Origin: Candidatus Enterousia sp.
GTDB taxonomy: Bacteria; Pseudomonadota; Alphaproteobacteria; Rs-D84
NCBI GenBank assembly: GCA_045614665.1
Contig: JAZLDI010000026.1
Span: forward strand, 1-56,970
DNA: 56,970 nucleotides
Direction of reading: 5' to 3'
Made by a program: the position numbers and the translations under genes. Shown piece after piece: positions 8,837 through 18,919 of the stretch (positions are counted from its first letter, which is position 1; every line of letters begins with the position of its first letter). The notes beneath the pieces were generated by a model, which did not search any database, was not told where the DNA came from, and saw nothing but the letters and a program-made list of their open reading frames with translations.

Positions 8837-10936
8837 ATGGCTACGTTGGCATTGCAAGATGTTTATAAAGACATTTTAGAAACTGTTCGAAGCACGGTGA
8901 CAGATACGACATTGTCTGACGAGTTTCTAAGAATGGTGTCCGAATATTTGGCGCAGGATGCAGAAATTACAGATCCTACATTTGGTTTTTGGGATGATAA
9001 GATTTCTGGTAAAAATTATGAGATTGCTGGGTGTGCATGGGATGATGAAAGAAAATTACTGACTTTTATAGGCTGTGAATTTTTTAATGATGATGAAATT
9101 CAAACAGTAACCAAAGATCTTTATACTCGCAAGTTTAAGGCCTTGATAAACTTTATGAAATTGGCTACAGATACAAAAAATCCTCTGTGGGCCCAGATGA
9201 CGGTTACCGATCCTGCATCAGAGGTTGCTAGAATAGTTTTTGATAACTATGCAAGCGCTCGTAATATTGAGTTTATATTGATTACTAATGGCCAAAGACC
9301 CAAAACTTTATCTAAGGCAGACGCTAAAATTACTATGCCAGGCATGGATGAGTCAAAGTTTTCGTTTAAAATGTTTGATATTACTAGAATATATCAATTA
9401 AGAACTTCTGAAACCTCCTTTGAAGACCTAGAAATAGATTTTTGCGATAAAACACCTGACCGTAAGGGGGTGAAGTGTTTGCCCGCTATTTGTGAAAATT
9501 GTGCAGATTATAGATCATATCTGGCTATTATGCCCGCAGAAACATTAGCCATGATATACGATGAATTTGGACAGAAATTGTTGGAACAAAATGTGCGAAC
9601 GTTTTTACAATTAAAGTCTAAACCAAACAAAGGAATGTCTATTACCATAGATCAGGCTCCAGAACGTTTCTTTGCCTACAATAATGGGTTGACGTGTACT
9701 GCTGCAGAACCAGAGTTCGAAGTGGATGGTGATGTTTTGTATTTGAAATCAGCCAAGGGCTTTCAAATCGTGAATGGCGGCCAAACTACCAATGTAATAT
9801 ATGGTGCATATAAAGCCAAAAAGGATTTATCCAACGTGTCCGTTCAAATGAAGCTATCTGTTGTTGAAGATAGGGAGATGTACTCAGACTTTGTTGAAAA
9901 AGTCGCTAGATATGCGAATACACAAAACCCTGTTAAGGAATCAGACTTCTTCTCGAATAGTGAATTTCATAAGCGATTCAAGGAAATTTCCCAGACGTTA
10001 TGGGCGCCAGCACTAAATGGAAAACAAAATAAAACAAAATGGTATTACGAGCGTACTCGTGGTCAGTATTTAGCAGAATATGCAGGAAAAGGAGATCGTG
10101 TTAAAAATGATTTTTTAGCCATATATCCAAAAGAGCAAATGATAGACAAGATTATTCTTGCCAAAACAGAAGCCATTTTCTGTGATGGACCACATATTGC
10201 TAATAAGCAACAAAAAGCATTTACACATTTTGTTGATACAATAGAAAAAAAGCTGGATAAGGATAATAACTCTATTAATGAAAATTATTTTAAAGAAGCA
10301 ATTGCAAAGGTTTTATTGGCAAAAAAGACGGATTCTATCATAGCAAAAAGTGATTGGTATCAGGCAAACAAATCAGTCAAATCAGAATTTAAGGCGTATG
10401 CCTTGGGCTTGTTGAATTCTTATGTTACTAACAAAAATAAGTTTATTGACTTCGGCCAGATTTGGAATTTGCAGGATGTACCAGAAACTTTTGTAAAAAT
10501 AGTAGAAAAAACCATATTAAAAGTTCGTGAGTATATGTTGCGAGAATATCCTGATTTAGCAGACTGGCGTGAAAAATTTAAGCTGAAATATGTGTGGACA
10601 GAAGTTTCTAAGATAGATTTGGAGCTGTCAGATGATGAGCTAGAGGATATTACTGTTTCAGAAGAGGTACAGAAAACAGTCGCCAGAGCAGCTAAGAAAG
10701 AAGCGAAACAAAATACGGCTATGAATGCCGTGGTGTTTTGTGTGGAAAAACCAAAACAACATTGGGGGATTTTGTTAGATTTCTTTGCAAATCATCCAGG
10801 AATGTTGCAGCACACAGAGTCCGGGGTTTTACAGTCGATGGCATATGGGAAAATTTCTGTCCCTTCGGATAAGCAAGCTCAGATACTACAAAAAATCTAT
10901 TGCTTGGCACAGCAACATGATGTAAAGTTCTCTTAA
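8837..10936 (+). CDS. mzaE: AIPR family protein (MzaE-like)
   Basis: LLEQNVRTFL, FFAYNNGLT, QIVNGGQTT, YANTQNPV, WYYERTRGQY. Confidence 0.9.
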   Translation: MATLALQDVYKDILETVRSTVTDTTLSDEFLRMVSEYLAQDAEITDPTFGFWDDKISGKNYEIAGCAWDDERKLLTFIGCEFFNDDEIQTVTKDLYTRKFKALINFMKLATDTKNPLWAQMTVTDPASEVARIVFDNYASARNIEFILITNGQRPKTLSKADAKITMPGMDESKFSFKMFDITRIYQLRTSETSFEDLEIDFCDKTPDRKGVKCLPAICENCADYRSYLAIMPAETLAMIYDEFGQKLLEQNVRTFLQLKSKPNKGMSITIDQAPERFFAYNNGLTCTAAEPEFEVDGDVLYLKSAKGFQIVNGGQTTNVIYGAYKAKKDLSNVSVQMKLSVVEDREMYSDFVEKVARYANTQNPVKESDFFSNSEFHKRFKEISQTLWAPALNGKQNKTKWYYERTRGQYLAEYAGKGDRVKNDFLAIYPKEQMIDKIILAKTEAIFCDGPHIANKQQKAFTHFVDTIEKKLDKDNNSINENYFKEAIAKVLLAKKTDSIIAKSDWYQANKSVKSEFKAYALGLLNSYVTNKNKFIDFGQIWNLQDVPETFVKIVEKTILKVREYMLREYPDLADWREKFKLKYVWTEVSKIDLELSDDELEDITVSEEVQKTVARAAKKEAKQNTAMNAVVFCVEKPKQHWGILLDFFANHPGMLQHTESGVLQSMAYGKISVPSDKQAQILQKIYCLAQQHDVKFS

Positions 10937-10952
10937 GTACAAGGGGATATTC

Positions 10953-12083
10953 ATGACAGACTTTACAATGATGGATCTATGCGCTGGCATAGGTGGAATT
11001 CGGCGTGGTTTTGAATTAACAGGCCGATTTCGTAACGTTTTATCTGCCGAAATAGAACCCAATGCGTGTGCGGCATATAAGCATTTGTATGGTGATGACC
11101 CCACAAACGATTTAACGTCAGAAGAGTTCAAAAAGAAAACTCGTAATCTGTCTTGTGATGTTTTGGCAGCGGGGTTTCCTTGTCAGACTTTTAGCCGGGC
11201 TGGGAAAAAGGCTGGATTTCAGGATGAAGAAAAAGGAATTATATTCTTTGCTATTCGCGACATTATTTTAGGGATGAAGCGCCGTCCAAAGGTTCTTGTT
11301 TTAGAGAATGTTGACAACCTATTGACGCATGATAAGGGCAGAACATTTAAGAAAATATTAGATGTTTTAATAAATGATCTTGATTACCACGTAGTGGGTG
11401 CAAAGCAGGATGCAAAAACTGGAGAAATTACATTTTGTGCCAAAGATTTTATTCGTAATTCCAGAAATTTTGGTGTCCCTCAAAACAGACCTCGCGTGTA
11501 CATTATTGCGTTTGATAAGAAGCGATATAAAAAGGGGTTAAAAAATATTCCTGTGGCAACCCCAGAGAAAAACGATGCTTGTTTATACGAGTCATTGAAC
11601 GACTTGTTGGACAATGATGTAGATGCAAAGTTTTTCTTGTCCGAGGGATATTTAGAAACTTTGGAAAAACATGCGATTAGAGAAAAAAGTAAGGGCAATG
11701 GTTTTGGGTATAAAATTGTTAATTTACCAGAGATAGTAAAACCAATTGCGAATACAATACTAGCTACTGGTGGCTCTGGACGTGAAAGGAATCTTGTATT
11801 AGACAAGAAGAATGGACGAAAATATGCTGGTAAGATAGTTCCGCTTAAAAAAAGTCCAGTTAACAACAAAAATGTTAGAAGCATGACACCGAATGAGTGG
11901 GGTAAGCTACAGGGCTTTGTAAATTATGGATTTAAAACAGGCGAGGTGGACGAATTTTCTTTGCCAGAAAATATGTCTGACGTGGCAAAATACAAGTTGT
12001 TTGGAAATGCAGTAACAGTTCCTGTTGCGCAAACAATGGCAGAGTTCGTTTTAGATTGTTTAGAGATTCTTGGTGAATTATAA
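10953..12083 (+). CDS. dcm: DNA cytosine-5 methyltransferase
   Basis: DLCAGIGG, GFPCQTFS, ENV, PQNRPRVYI, FGNAV. Confidence 0.95.
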   Translation: MTDFTMMDLCAGIGGIRRGFELTGRFRNVLSAEIEPNACAAYKHLYGDDPTNDLTSEEFKKKTRNLSCDVLAAGFPCQTFSRAGKKAGFQDEEKGIIFFAIRDIILGMKRRPKVLVLENVDNLLTHDKGRTFKKILDVLINDLDYHVVGAKQDAKTGEITFCAKDFIRNSRNFGVPQNRPRVYIIAFDKKRYKKGLKNIPVATPEKNDACLYESLNDLLDNDVDAKFFLSEGYLETLEKHAIREKSKGNGFGYKIVNLPEIVKPIANTILATGGSGRERNLVLDKKNGRKYAGKIVPLKKSPVNNKNVRSMTPNEWGKLQGFVNYGFKTGEVDEFSLPENMSDVAKYKLFGNAVTVPVAQTMAEFVLDCLEILGEL

Positions 12084-12089
12084 CGTTCC

Positions 12090-12245
12090 TTATTCATCAT
12101 AGTAATACGTCCAGCATGGGCGTAACATCATGCGTGCCGTCCCGTAATCATCGCCCCAGATGTATTTGTCCAGGTAATCGCGTGCGTCCATGGCGTGAAT
12201 GTCACATATCGCACTATTTATTCCTGCGAGGCTCAATCCTTTCAT
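12090..12245 (-). CDS. Small 51-aa hypothetical protein (below ORF-track cutoff)
   Basis: GAGGA RBS then MKGLSLAGINSAICDIHAMDARDYLDKYIWGDDYGTARMMLRPCWTYYYDE*. Confidence 0.5.
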   Translation of the reverse strand: MKGLSLAGINSAICDIHAMDARDYLDKYIWGDDYGTARMMLRPCWTYYYDE

Positions 12246-12296
12246 ATTTATCCTCATTTTATGTCAACGCAATTATTGTAATAAGTCTGTAATTTT

Positions 12297-13292
12297 CTAT
12301 TTTTCACCCTCTTTCAAAATTTCCTTGAGCATATCTAGATCACCAGGATCGTCCAAACGGTGTATCATCGCATGACAATTCGGACACAAAATAAGGAAAT
12401 CCGAAGGTTTCATTGATCGCTCTTCGTGCTCTCTCAGATATGAATATGGTATTTTATGATGACATTCTATAAACTCGTCATCAAGACCAGGATACCTTCC
12501 TTTGAAAGTCATATCACACGCCTCACATTTATACCCGCGAGAAGCCTTGATTTTTTTTATATCAGATGTACTCAATCTGCCTTCATAAACAAAGTGTAAT
12601 TTTTTTTGTTTCCTTTCCACACCCTTTAATTGAACCATATCCTGATTTATAACATTGTTTAAATCTGCTCGTTCTTTATTCAAAATAGCCTTGAACACAT
12701 CGGGATTTTCTTGATAAATTTTCACAATTCTTTTGAAATTATTGCCTGCTTTATTCATTCCCTGACTGCCGTCTGTTAATAGATATTCCATACAAGACAT
12801 TTGTAGGGAAACACCCCCAACATTTCGGTACTTTTCATCAATAACGTCACCATTACCAATGGCGATTTGACGTAATTTTCCAGACAGTTCGTGAATTGCA
12901 TCCATTCGGTTGATTTTTCCCGCAAGTACTAGTTGGGTATACTCCAGCAACAACGCACATTCATGTGGTGACCATAATGGTTGTCCCTTGTGTTTATATT
13001 TTATTAAAAGACTTTTCGCCTCTTCGATGACATCGTCTGGTATATTGATTGCTTTTGCGCAAATCTCCAAGGCCTCTATTTCCTTGTTTTCTTTAAAAAT
13101 TTGAATCGCAAAACTGGCGATACGAGGAACTGTACTATCTCCATTGTTCGTTTGTAACATTGGGTTGTACGTTGGCATTATTTTCGCCATTTCGTAGCGA
13201 TTTAATTTGTTATAGTTTTCACGAAAAAATTCGAAACATTTCACAAAAGTTTGTTTTCCAACACTATGTAATAGCCTTTCTGTTGCTGCCAT
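12297..13292 (-). CDS. HNH endonuclease, McrA-like (possible modification-dependent nuclease)
   Basis: CEAC...FIECHHKIP...LCPNCHAMIH; central YRNVGGVSLQM segment. Confidence 0.75.
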   Translation of the reverse strand: MAATERLLHSVGKQTFVKCFEFFRENYNKLNRYEMAKIMPTYNPMLQTNNGDSTVPRIASFAIQIFKENKEIEALEICAKAINIPDDVIEEAKSLLIKYKHKGQPLWSPHECALLLEYTQLVLAGKINRMDAIHELSGKLRQIAIGNGDVIDEKYRNVGGVSLQMSCMEYLLTDGSQGMNKAGNNFKRIVKIYQENPDVFKAILNKERADLNNVINQDMVQLKGVERKQKKLHFVYEGRLSTSDIKKIKASRGYKCEACDMTFKGRYPGLDDEFIECHHKIPYSYLREHEERSMKPSDFLILCPNCHAMIHRLDDPGDLDMLKEILKEGEK

Positions 13293-13562
13293 TTTATATC
13301 TCGTTGTTTTATAATTATTTTATGTACAAATCATAGTAAGAAAACACTATCTTTTCAATACAAATAACACTTAAATCAATTCTTACCTACAGGCGAATAC
13401 TCTTTCCTTTACCAGAAATCTACTCATGATATTTTTTGTTCTCAATGTTATGGCTTCATCCTATGCGAGATCAAACAAAATCCACATACACTTCAATTAT
13501 ATAACTTGACTAATGCCGCTTTGTAAGCAGTAATTGCATGATGTTATACAAAGGAGTAAAAC

Positions 13563-13760
13563 ATGCCAAAACATCCTGAAATTACTATTAAAATCAAAGA
13601 TCCGACTGACAATACCCGCTTGGTTTTACAGTGTCTTGATATGTTCTGGAAATACGAAATTCAGGCCGAAGCCGAAGTGTTTATAAACGACATCGCACAG
13701 ATGGGCTTAGTGCCGGCTGTGCAGGCTTGGTTTAATGTTGAAATAGAGGCACAAAAATGA
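13563..13760 (+). CDS. Small hypothetical island-backbone protein
   Basis: AAGGAG RBS; coupled to the DUF2924 gene by an ATGA overlap; TTGACT upstream. Confidence 0.6.
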   Translation: MPKHPEITIKIKDPTDNTRLVLQCLDMFWKYEIQAEAEVFINDIAQMGLVPAVQAWFNVEIEAQK

Positions 13761-14194
13761 GAAAAAGGGAATTACCCAAAACCATTGATGTATTAAAGGC
13801 ATTACCTTATTCAGAACGGGCAAAGTTATGGGCGAGGTATTCGCCCTACCCGTTCAAACGCCAGAACCGTTCGTTATGGTACTATATTCAATGCGACTGG
13901 TTGGGATTGAGAATAGAGAAAAAGCACTTGGTCAAAATCAAACGATACAAAGACAATCCATCAGAGTGTGTGACACGTGCGGCACGGACTAAATATAACC
14001 TGACACCGGGGGCAATTATACGCAAAGAGTTCCGTGGAATCGTTCATGAAATCATTGTAAATAACGACAATACGTTCACGTATAATGGCGAAAAATATCG
14101 CACTTTATCCGCAATAGCCAAAGATATATCAGGCATCAAGATTTCGGGGCCGGATTTCTTTGGGCTGAGCCAAAGGAAAAGCCATGACAGTTAG
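13757..14194 (+). CDS. DUF2924 domain protein
   Basis: PGAIIRKEFRG...YNGEKYRTLSAIAKDISGIKISGPDFFGL, directly upstream of the recombinase. Confidence 0.85.
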   Translation: MRKRELPKTIDVLKALPYSERAKLWARYSPYPFKRQNRSLWYYIQCDWLGLRIEKKHLVKIKRYKDNPSECVTRAARTKYNLTPGAIIRKEFRGIVHEIIVNNDNTFTYNGEKYRTLSAIAKDISGIKISGPDFFGLSQRKSHDS

Positions 14195-15777
14195 ATGTGC
14201 GATTTATACACGAAAGTCAACCGAGCATGGGTTGGATATGGAGTTTAATTCCCTGCAAAACCAAGAAGAGGCATGTAAGGCGTATATCGCATCCCAATCA
14301 TTCAATGGCTGGCAATATTGCAAAACATACAGCGATGCGGCGATTTCTGGTGGAACTATGGAACGGCCTGCCCTGAAACAAATGTTGGAAGATATGGCAC
14401 ATGGTTTGGTCAATACGGTTGTGGTTTATAAGGTTGACCGACTATCGCGTTCCATTTTAGACTTTCATAAAATGATGCAATATTTCAACAAGTATAATGC
14501 GAACTTTGTGTCCATAACCCAATCGTTTGATACCAGCACATCCATGGGCAAATTGACGCTGAATATGTTGCTGTCGTTTGCCCAGTTTGAACGTGAAGTT
14601 TCATCCGAACGCGTGCGTGATAAAATCCGTGCCAGTAAAGCAAAAGGGATATGGATGGGCGGCGTACCACGCTTAGGTTATGATGTTATAAATAAGAAAC
14701 TAATTGTAAATCCAGCCGAAGCCAAGCAAGTTAGACAACTGTTTGATAAATACTTGGAGCTGCAATCTGTGAACGACCTGACCCTGTGGGCCGAAAGCAA
14801 CGGTATTCGCGCCAAAGCATGGACAACCGCCAAGGGGATGCTGCGTGGTGGCAAACCCATTACCCCAAACAGCATGCACAAGATTTTACGAGACAAAATC
14901 TATATCGGGATGATTGAAAACAAAGTTAGCAATAATGTTGCCCGTGGCGAGCATCAGGCGATCGTGTCGCCAGACATTTTTCAGCGTGTACAAGATGCAC
15001 TGAGGTCGAATTCTAATAATACCAATCATCGCAGGCGGTCACCAAACCTGCTGTCACGAAAACTGTACAATGACAAAGGTGTACGCTTTGCCAATCAACA
15101 CGCATGTCCAAAAGACAAGGCGGGACCATATTACTATGCAACACGGGGATTCTATCTGCCGGCGGCACAGGTGGACGAAATAGCCATGTCTGTTGTGGCC
15201 GAATTTCTGGACAGCGATATGAGTGCCCTGTCCCAAAATGTGGTATTGGCATTGAAACGGATTGTGTGGGATGACCTGTCATACCTGCAAAGACGAGAAT
15301 TGGTTCGCGTTATGATTGAACGAGCAATGTATTCGCAAGAACAACTGATATTCTATATCAACATCAACCCACAGTTGTATAACTCATTTTTATCTACATA
15401 TCACATCAATCATAATAACAGTCCAATGGAATATACGGCAAATGGCGATAATGTGACGATTGTGCGGCCGGTTGTGCTGCGCCGATATGCCAACACCAGA
15501 TTTAGCGGTGGATGCAACGGCACGCTGAGCATTACAGAAAACAACCACCTGCTATTGAAGGCGTTCGCCACCGCGTGGCGATGTAGATTCAATTGGCCGA
15601 GCCGAACATGTCGCCCTGCGCCATGTTTATAAACATCTGTCGCTGGCATATCTGAACCCAGAAGTCGTAAATCATATATTGAGTAATCAATGTCATATAT
15701 CTGTTCGTGATATGTTGGACAAGGCATCACGTAGCAATGAATTTACCGAACAGAAAAAGTTATTTGATTTTCAATAA
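14184..15777 (+). CDS. Large serine recombinase with a frameshifted C-terminus (ORF stops at 15632; native tail runs to 15777 in another frame)
   Basis: RCAIYTRKST, YKVDRLSRS, FAQFEREVSSER. After ~15590 another frame reads AEHVALRHVYKHLSLAYLNPEVVNHIL...EQKKLFDFQ*, a typical tail for this family. Confidence 0.85.
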
Positions 15778-15800
15778 GATTTGTTATAAAATGTACTTAT

Positions 15801-15953
15801 GCCTGTTGGAAGGCTATCTCATCCGTGTAAAGATCTCATCATCCAACAAATAACATAAACCTTTAACCTGGGTTTTATTGTCTAAACTACAGATTACGGA
15901 TGCATATTTTCTAGATAATAATCCCCACAAAGACAATAAAGGAGTATGTTATG
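15801..15953 (+). promoter_or_regulatory. Candidate structured 5' leader RNA
   Basis: Complementary pairs TGTTGGA/TCCAACA, CATCCGT/ACGGATG, TTTATTGTCT/AGACAATAAA, TAACATA/TATGTTA enclose the RBS and start codon. Confidence 0.5.
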
Positions 15954-16631
15954 ACACATATTGAATATTTTAAATTACAAGCTAAAAATCTGTTAAAAGA
16001 CTATCAAACGCGTCACTTGTCAGAAACAGGCGACATCTACGAGTACAATCCAAAGTTTTTTGATATCGTTGGTATATTCTTAGACTACGATATAATGGAT
16101 GATGTTCCAGACTTTGAATTTAAGTTAGGCAATGCCCAGCACCTAATTGCACAGATAACAGGTTTTGATAAATGGGCAGAGCTTATAGGTGCCACAGAAG
16201 AAGAACATGCCGAAGCACATCGTATACTGGAAACTTATAAATATAACGAATATGGTTCCACTGGATTTATATCGCACAATTTTACGCCTGACGGTCGTGA
16301 TGTGACAGAATTTTCTCATGAGCAAAAAGGAAGTGATGTCCCCTATCATGAAGAACTATCTGGAGAGGATTGGCAAGATGGTATTGATGAATGCTTAAAA
16401 CATGGTATGGGATTTGATCCAGACACGCTGGTGGAGTGCATACATTGTGGCAAACAGTTCGCATTCAAAGAAGTCAAGGTTAGATGCCTAAAACCAGAAT
16501 ATAACTATGGTCAAGTGGATGATTTTAAGGAAATTATGTGCAAACACTATCCTAATTGTGATGGCAACTTGATTGATTTGATGCCCGTAGAAATACAGAA
16601 CGACAATGGGGGTGATGAAGATGAAAAATAA
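15951..16631 (+). CDS. Hypothetical protein: N-terminal helical KLQAKNL...AQHLIAQ..GF..WAEL domain and C-terminal Cys zinc-ribbon
   Basis: AAGGAG RBS; CIHCG...CKHYPNCDG. Confidence 0.6.
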   Translation: MTHIEYFKLQAKNLLKDYQTRHLSETGDIYEYNPKFFDIVGIFLDYDIMDDVPDFEFKLGNAQHLIAQITGFDKWAELIGATEEEHAEAHRILETYKYNEYGSTGFISHNFTPDGRDVTEFSHEQKGSDVPYHEELSGEDWQDGIDECLKHGMGFDPDTLVECIHCGKQFAFKEVKVRCLKPEYNYGQVDDFKEIMCKHYPNCDGNLIDLMPVEIQNDNGGDEDEK

Positions 16632-16914
16632 ACATTTCTCATATCCTCGCAATCAAACAAAATCATACACAAATACCAATGGATATAGAGTGTATAAAGA
16701 TACGGGTACATTGGTTCATCGACATATGGCAGAGTTGAAACTTGGGAGACCTTTAAAATCTGGTGAAGTTGTACATCATATAAACAGAAATAAACAAGAT
16801 AACAGACCGTCAAACCTGTTTATATTCCCCAACCAGCAAGCACACTGGAACGCCCACAAACAAGACGCAAGAGACTTTGGCACTGATTATAGTTTTAGAG
16901 GTAAGAAAAACTAA
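16621..16914 (+). CDS. Small HNH endonuclease (HNH_3-like)
   Basis: VHRHMAELKLGRPL..GEVVHHINRNKQDNRPSNL. Confidence 0.85.
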   Translation: MKNKHFSYPRNQTKSYTNTNGYRVYKDTGTLVHRHMAELKLGRPLKSGEVVHHINRNKQDNRPSNLFIFPNQQAHWNAHKQDARDFGTDYSFRGKKN

Positions 16915-17038
16915 AATTGCCACGGTGGTTTTGGGGATTGTATGTAAACAGTGATAAAATTGGGTTATTTTGGGTTTTAATTATACATACTGGTAACTTC
17001 GTGGCGAAAAAGTGGCTGGAATCCGCCTAAAAACAAAG

Positions 17039-17060
17039 CCCCGACAGATATTGTCGGGGT
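17039..17060. terminator. Terminator T1 downstream of tRNA-Ser
   Basis: CCCCGACA-GATAT-TGTCGGGG hairpin. Confidence 0.7.
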
Positions 17061-17072
17061 TTTGATTATTTC

Positions 17073-17163
17073 TGGCGGAGACGAAGGGATTCGAACCCTT
17101 GATACCCTTGCGAGTATACTACATTTCCAATGTAGCGCACTAGACCAACTATGCGACGTCTCC
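17073..17163 (-). tRNA. tRNA-Ser(GGA)
   Basis: GGAGACG...CTACA-TTGGAAA-TGTAG, long variable arm, GGTTCGAATCC, CGTCTCC-G-CCA. Confidence 0.97.
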
Positions 17164-17171
17164 GTATTCGT

Positions 17172-17564
17172 TTATTCTTCGTCAATGAACGCGTCGTCAG
17201 CCATTACTTCGTCCATAACGTCCGAGGCATCCGCAATCGGCGCATCATCTGCCAAGGCATTTTCCAATTCTGCATCAATTTCACGCAGTAATGGATCCTC
17301 GGTTCCGATTTCCAAAGATTCTTCGCCATCTGCCAACGCAGGTGTTTCTTTGTAAGACTGAACAAATTCGTGACGAACGGCGTTCACATCTAATTTACCG
17401 CTGGCAATTTCGCGCAGGGCAACAACCGTCAATTTGTCATTTTCTTTGTCCACAACCGCTTCCGCACCACCGTTCAAATCACGAACACGCTGAGACGCCA
17501 ACATCCCCAGTTCATAACGGCTTTCTACATATGGTAATGTATCAGAATTTGTTGTACGGGCCAA
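17172..17564 (-). CDS. rpoZ: RNA polymerase omega subunit
   Basis: SRYELGMLASQRVR...DKLTVVALREIA; acidic tail typical of alphaproteobacteria; TTG start. Confidence 0.9.
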   Translation of the reverse strand: MARTTNSDTLPYVESRYELGMLASQRVRDLNGGAEAVVDKENDKLTVVALREIASGKLDVNAVRHEFVQSYKETPALADGEESLEIGTEDPLLREIDAELENALADDAPIADASDVMDEVMADDAFIDEE

Positions 17565-17645
17565 TTTAAATCCTTTGTTGGAATCATTTTTAGCCTGGTT
17601 ATAATGCCTTATAGATAGTAAAAATGCAAGCAGAAAAATAAAAAA

Positions 17646-18875
17646 ATGAGTATTAAAACATTATCTTTTGGTTGTAGGCTGAACGCATTGGAATCTGAAA
17701 AGATTCAAAGTATGCTGAAAAACATCCTGGAAACCGCAATTGTAGTGAATACTTGCGCCGTCACAGGCGAAGCCGAACGACAATCAGGACAATCCGTCCG
17801 ACGTATCGCACGCGAGAATAAAAATACCCCTATATTCGTTACCGGATGCGCGGCAACACGTAACAGGGAGCTGTTTTGCGATATACCAAATGTCATTGTG
17901 GTTGATAATTTTCAGAAAAGAAATCTGAACGCTTATATTGATGCAATGGCGCGAACCCCGTGCAATATTGTTGGAGGCGCAACCATTGACAAATTCCATG
18001 ATACAGATGAGAAGTTATCAAAAAAGTTCGTTCAAATACAAAACGGCTGTAATCACGATTGCACATATTGTGTGACACGCCTGTTGCGTGGGACGGGTGT
18101 TTCATTTGAATACGACGAAATCTTGGCTGACGTGCGTGCGGCAGTAGACGCCGGGTTTGGCGAAATCGTCCTGACGGGGGTTGATATTGCATCCTATGCA
18201 CGGGTGTATGAAGGGCGGGCATTTTTAATTTCTGATTTGTGCAAAAAGTTATTGGCTGATGTTCCGGGGATACGGCGATTGCGCCTGTCATCAATGGATC
18301 CAGCGGTGCCAGAGGTTGGGAAAATAATAGATCTGATAAAATCTGATGCGCGTATGATGCCACACATGCACTTTTCAATGCAGTCGGGATCAGATACAAT
18401 TTTAAAATCTATGCGCCGTCGGCATACCGCGGACATGGTTCGCAAATGGGTACAAATGGCGGGTAAAAATATCACTTTTAGTTGGGATATAATCTGTGGT
18501 TTCCCAGGCGAAACAGAAGAGCTGTTTAGCGAAACACTGAATTTGGTTCATGAATTAAAACCGATTAAAATTCATGCATTTCCGTTCTCGCCCCGGCCCG
18601 ATACGGTTGCCGCAAATATACCGAACCAGGTTAGCCGCGCAATTTCCAAGCAACGTGTAAAAATAATCAATGACATCGCAAATGAAAATCGTAGCAATTT
18701 TATGCGCTCGCAATTGTGGCAAACCGTTCAGGTACTGGTCGAGGAAAACAATATCGCGCGTTGTCCGCATGATATTTCCGTAAAAATCATAGGCGATGTA
18801 ATTGCACCCCGCACAATTTGCAATATTGTTTTAACTGATATTCAAGGCGATATGTTTATCGGCAAAACAGAATAA
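17646..18875 (+). CDS. mtaB: tRNA threonylcarbamoyladenosine methylthiotransferase (radical SAM)
   Basis: FGCRLNALES, NTCAVT, GCNHDCTYC, HAFPFSPRP. Confidence 0.88.
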   Translation: MSIKTLSFGCRLNALESEKIQSMLKNILETAIVVNTCAVTGEAERQSGQSVRRIARENKNTPIFVTGCAATRNRELFCDIPNVIVVDNFQKRNLNAYIDAMARTPCNIVGGATIDKFHDTDEKLSKKFVQIQNGCNHDCTYCVTRLLRGTGVSFEYDEILADVRAAVDAGFGEIVLTGVDIASYARVYEGRAFLISDLCKKLLADVPGIRRLRLSSMDPAVPEVGKIIDLIKSDARMMPHMHFSMQSGSDTILKSMRRRHTADMVRKWVQMAGKNITFSWDIICGFPGETEELFSETLNLVHELKPIKIHAFPFSPRPDTVAANIPNQVSRAISKQRVKIINDIANENRSNFMRSQLWQTVQVLVEENNIARCPHDISVKIIGDVIAPRTICNIVLTDIQGDMFIGKTE

Positions 18876-18919
18876 AAAATATATTTGAAATGGTGTTTGA
18901 TATTGCTATTATCAGATCT

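Larger units (their letters stand above)
2490..17080. mobile_element. Genomic island at tRNA-Ser(GGA), large serine recombinase/DUF2924/ParB-MTase type, with defence cargo
   Basis: TGGCGGAG direct repeats at 2490-2497 and 17073-17080; ACAGGGAATTTACAGGGA near the left end; backbone genes ParB-MTase, DUF2924 and recombinase. Confidence 0.8.

Noticed and set aside
17062-17355. 97-aa plus-strand ORF
   Set aside because: Antisense shadow of tRNA-Ser and rpoZ.
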